Source: Sphyrna mokarran (taxonomy: Eukaryota). Taken from it: a stretch of DNA of 64,000 bases. Position numbers and translations under genes: made by a program. Of this stretch, positions 63,031 through 64,000 are shown one piece after another (within the stretch, counting starts at the first letter, position 1; each line of letters opens with the position of its first letter). The stretch lies in contig JAGIQG010000010.1 in NCBI GenBank assembly GCA_024679065.1, positions 13,516,001 to 13,580,000 on the forward strand. The letters run 5' to 3'. The notes under the pieces were generated by a model. It worked only from the letters and a program-made list of their open reading frames with translations, ran no database searches and had not been told where the DNA came from.

Positions 63031-63194
63031 GAGTTGGACAACATGAAGTTTAATGCAAACAAATGTAGAATACTGCATGTCAGAAGAAAACAAAAATGAT
63101 GTGTACTGTCTGAATACTGTTGAGATGGCTGAAAATGAAGTTGGGAGTTATAGTCTTGCAGACTTAACAGTTAACATGAAGCAGTTAGCATGAT

Positions 63195-63305
63195 AGCTCC
63201 AAAAGCTAGTGGACTTTACTATCAAATAAACCTGTTGGACTTCAACCTGGTGTTGTGAGACTTCTTACTGTGTTTACCCCAGTCCAATGTCGGTATCTCC
63301 ACAGC
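63195..63305 (+). mobile_element. Truncated PLE 3' end copy
   Basis: AAAGCTAGTG..TTTACTATCAAATAAACCTGTTGGAC..CTTCTTACTGTGTTTACCCCAGTCCAA matches 43315-43415. Confidence 0.7.
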
Positions 63306-63624
63306 TTGGTTCTTCATCATCTTTCGTGCCCACCAATGAACCAAGTGATAAAAATGGAAACGCTTTTATCCCTCCAATAGTAAAGTCCTGCCATTCCCAG
63401 AGGCTATGTTCCTGCCACACATCGCAAGTGGTGAAATCCTGCAAAGGAACATGCTTTTAACTGGAACTCAGTTAGACAGGCCCCATCCATGCCAGGGCAC
63501 CATTTATTATACTTTGCAGTAACCTATGATTGTCTTCATTGAGGCTATTAGACCTGTTATGTATACTCCACAGTTTTAATTTTTATTTTCACTTTCATTG
63601 ACACTTGCAGTTTTGTTCACAGTC

Positions 63625-63950
63625 CATAGAAATATCGTAGTATCCCTACAATGCAAAAGGAGGCCATTCAGCCCACTGAGTCTGCACCGACTAGAATCCC
63701 ACCCAGACCATATGCCCATAGCCCCATGTACTTACCCTGCTAGTCCCCTTGACACTAAGGGACAATTTAACATGGCCAATTAACCTGACCCCGCACAACT
63801 TTGGACAGTGGGAGGAAAACCAGAGCACCTGGAGGGAACTCACACAGACATGAGGAGAAGGTGCAAACTCCACACAGACAATGAACCAAGCCAGGAGTCA
63901 AACCTGGGTCCCTGGCACTATGAGGCAGCTGTGCTAACCACTGTGCCATT
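63625..63950 (-). mobile_element. HE1-like V-SINE
   Basis: Head, core and tail motifs. Confidence 0.85.
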
Positions 63951-64000
63951 TTACTGGTGGTCAATGATGGCTAATGAAAAAGAAAAAAGCCTACGGTCAA

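Overview
This is vertebrate (eukaryotic) genomic DNA, almost certainly a shark or other elasmobranch, judging from HE1-type V-SINEs, CR1/HER1-like LINEs and Deu-domain SINEs. It holds one protein-coding gene: an intact endothelin receptor type B (ednrb, EDNRB1-type) on the minus strand. The gene has 7 coding exons from 53173 down to 7510, all with GT-AG introns, giving a 1290-nt CDS (429 aa). The rest is introns and flanks dense with transposons: about 30 SINEs, CR1, L2 and Rex1-like LINE fragments, a decayed Harbinger transposase with many short Harbinger-type MITEs, a hAT-type element, microsatellites and a 150-N gap. The most striking structure is a ~2.2-kb head-to-head palindrome of a Penelope-like retroelement (GIY-YIG endonuclease) about 1.5 kb upstream of the ednrb ATG. 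It has a target-site duplication and a hammerhead-ribozyme-like core in each arm. Small non-coding palindromic or single-arm elements built from the same hammerhead-bearing 3' end occur at ~33.4, 37.3, 43.1 and 63.2 kb. The receptor also has substitutions at normally conserved pocket residues (human-numbered N158T, K346M, D368N, M374T). Exon boundaries were read base by base. Repeat boundaries are approximate, and family names come from recognition, not database searches.
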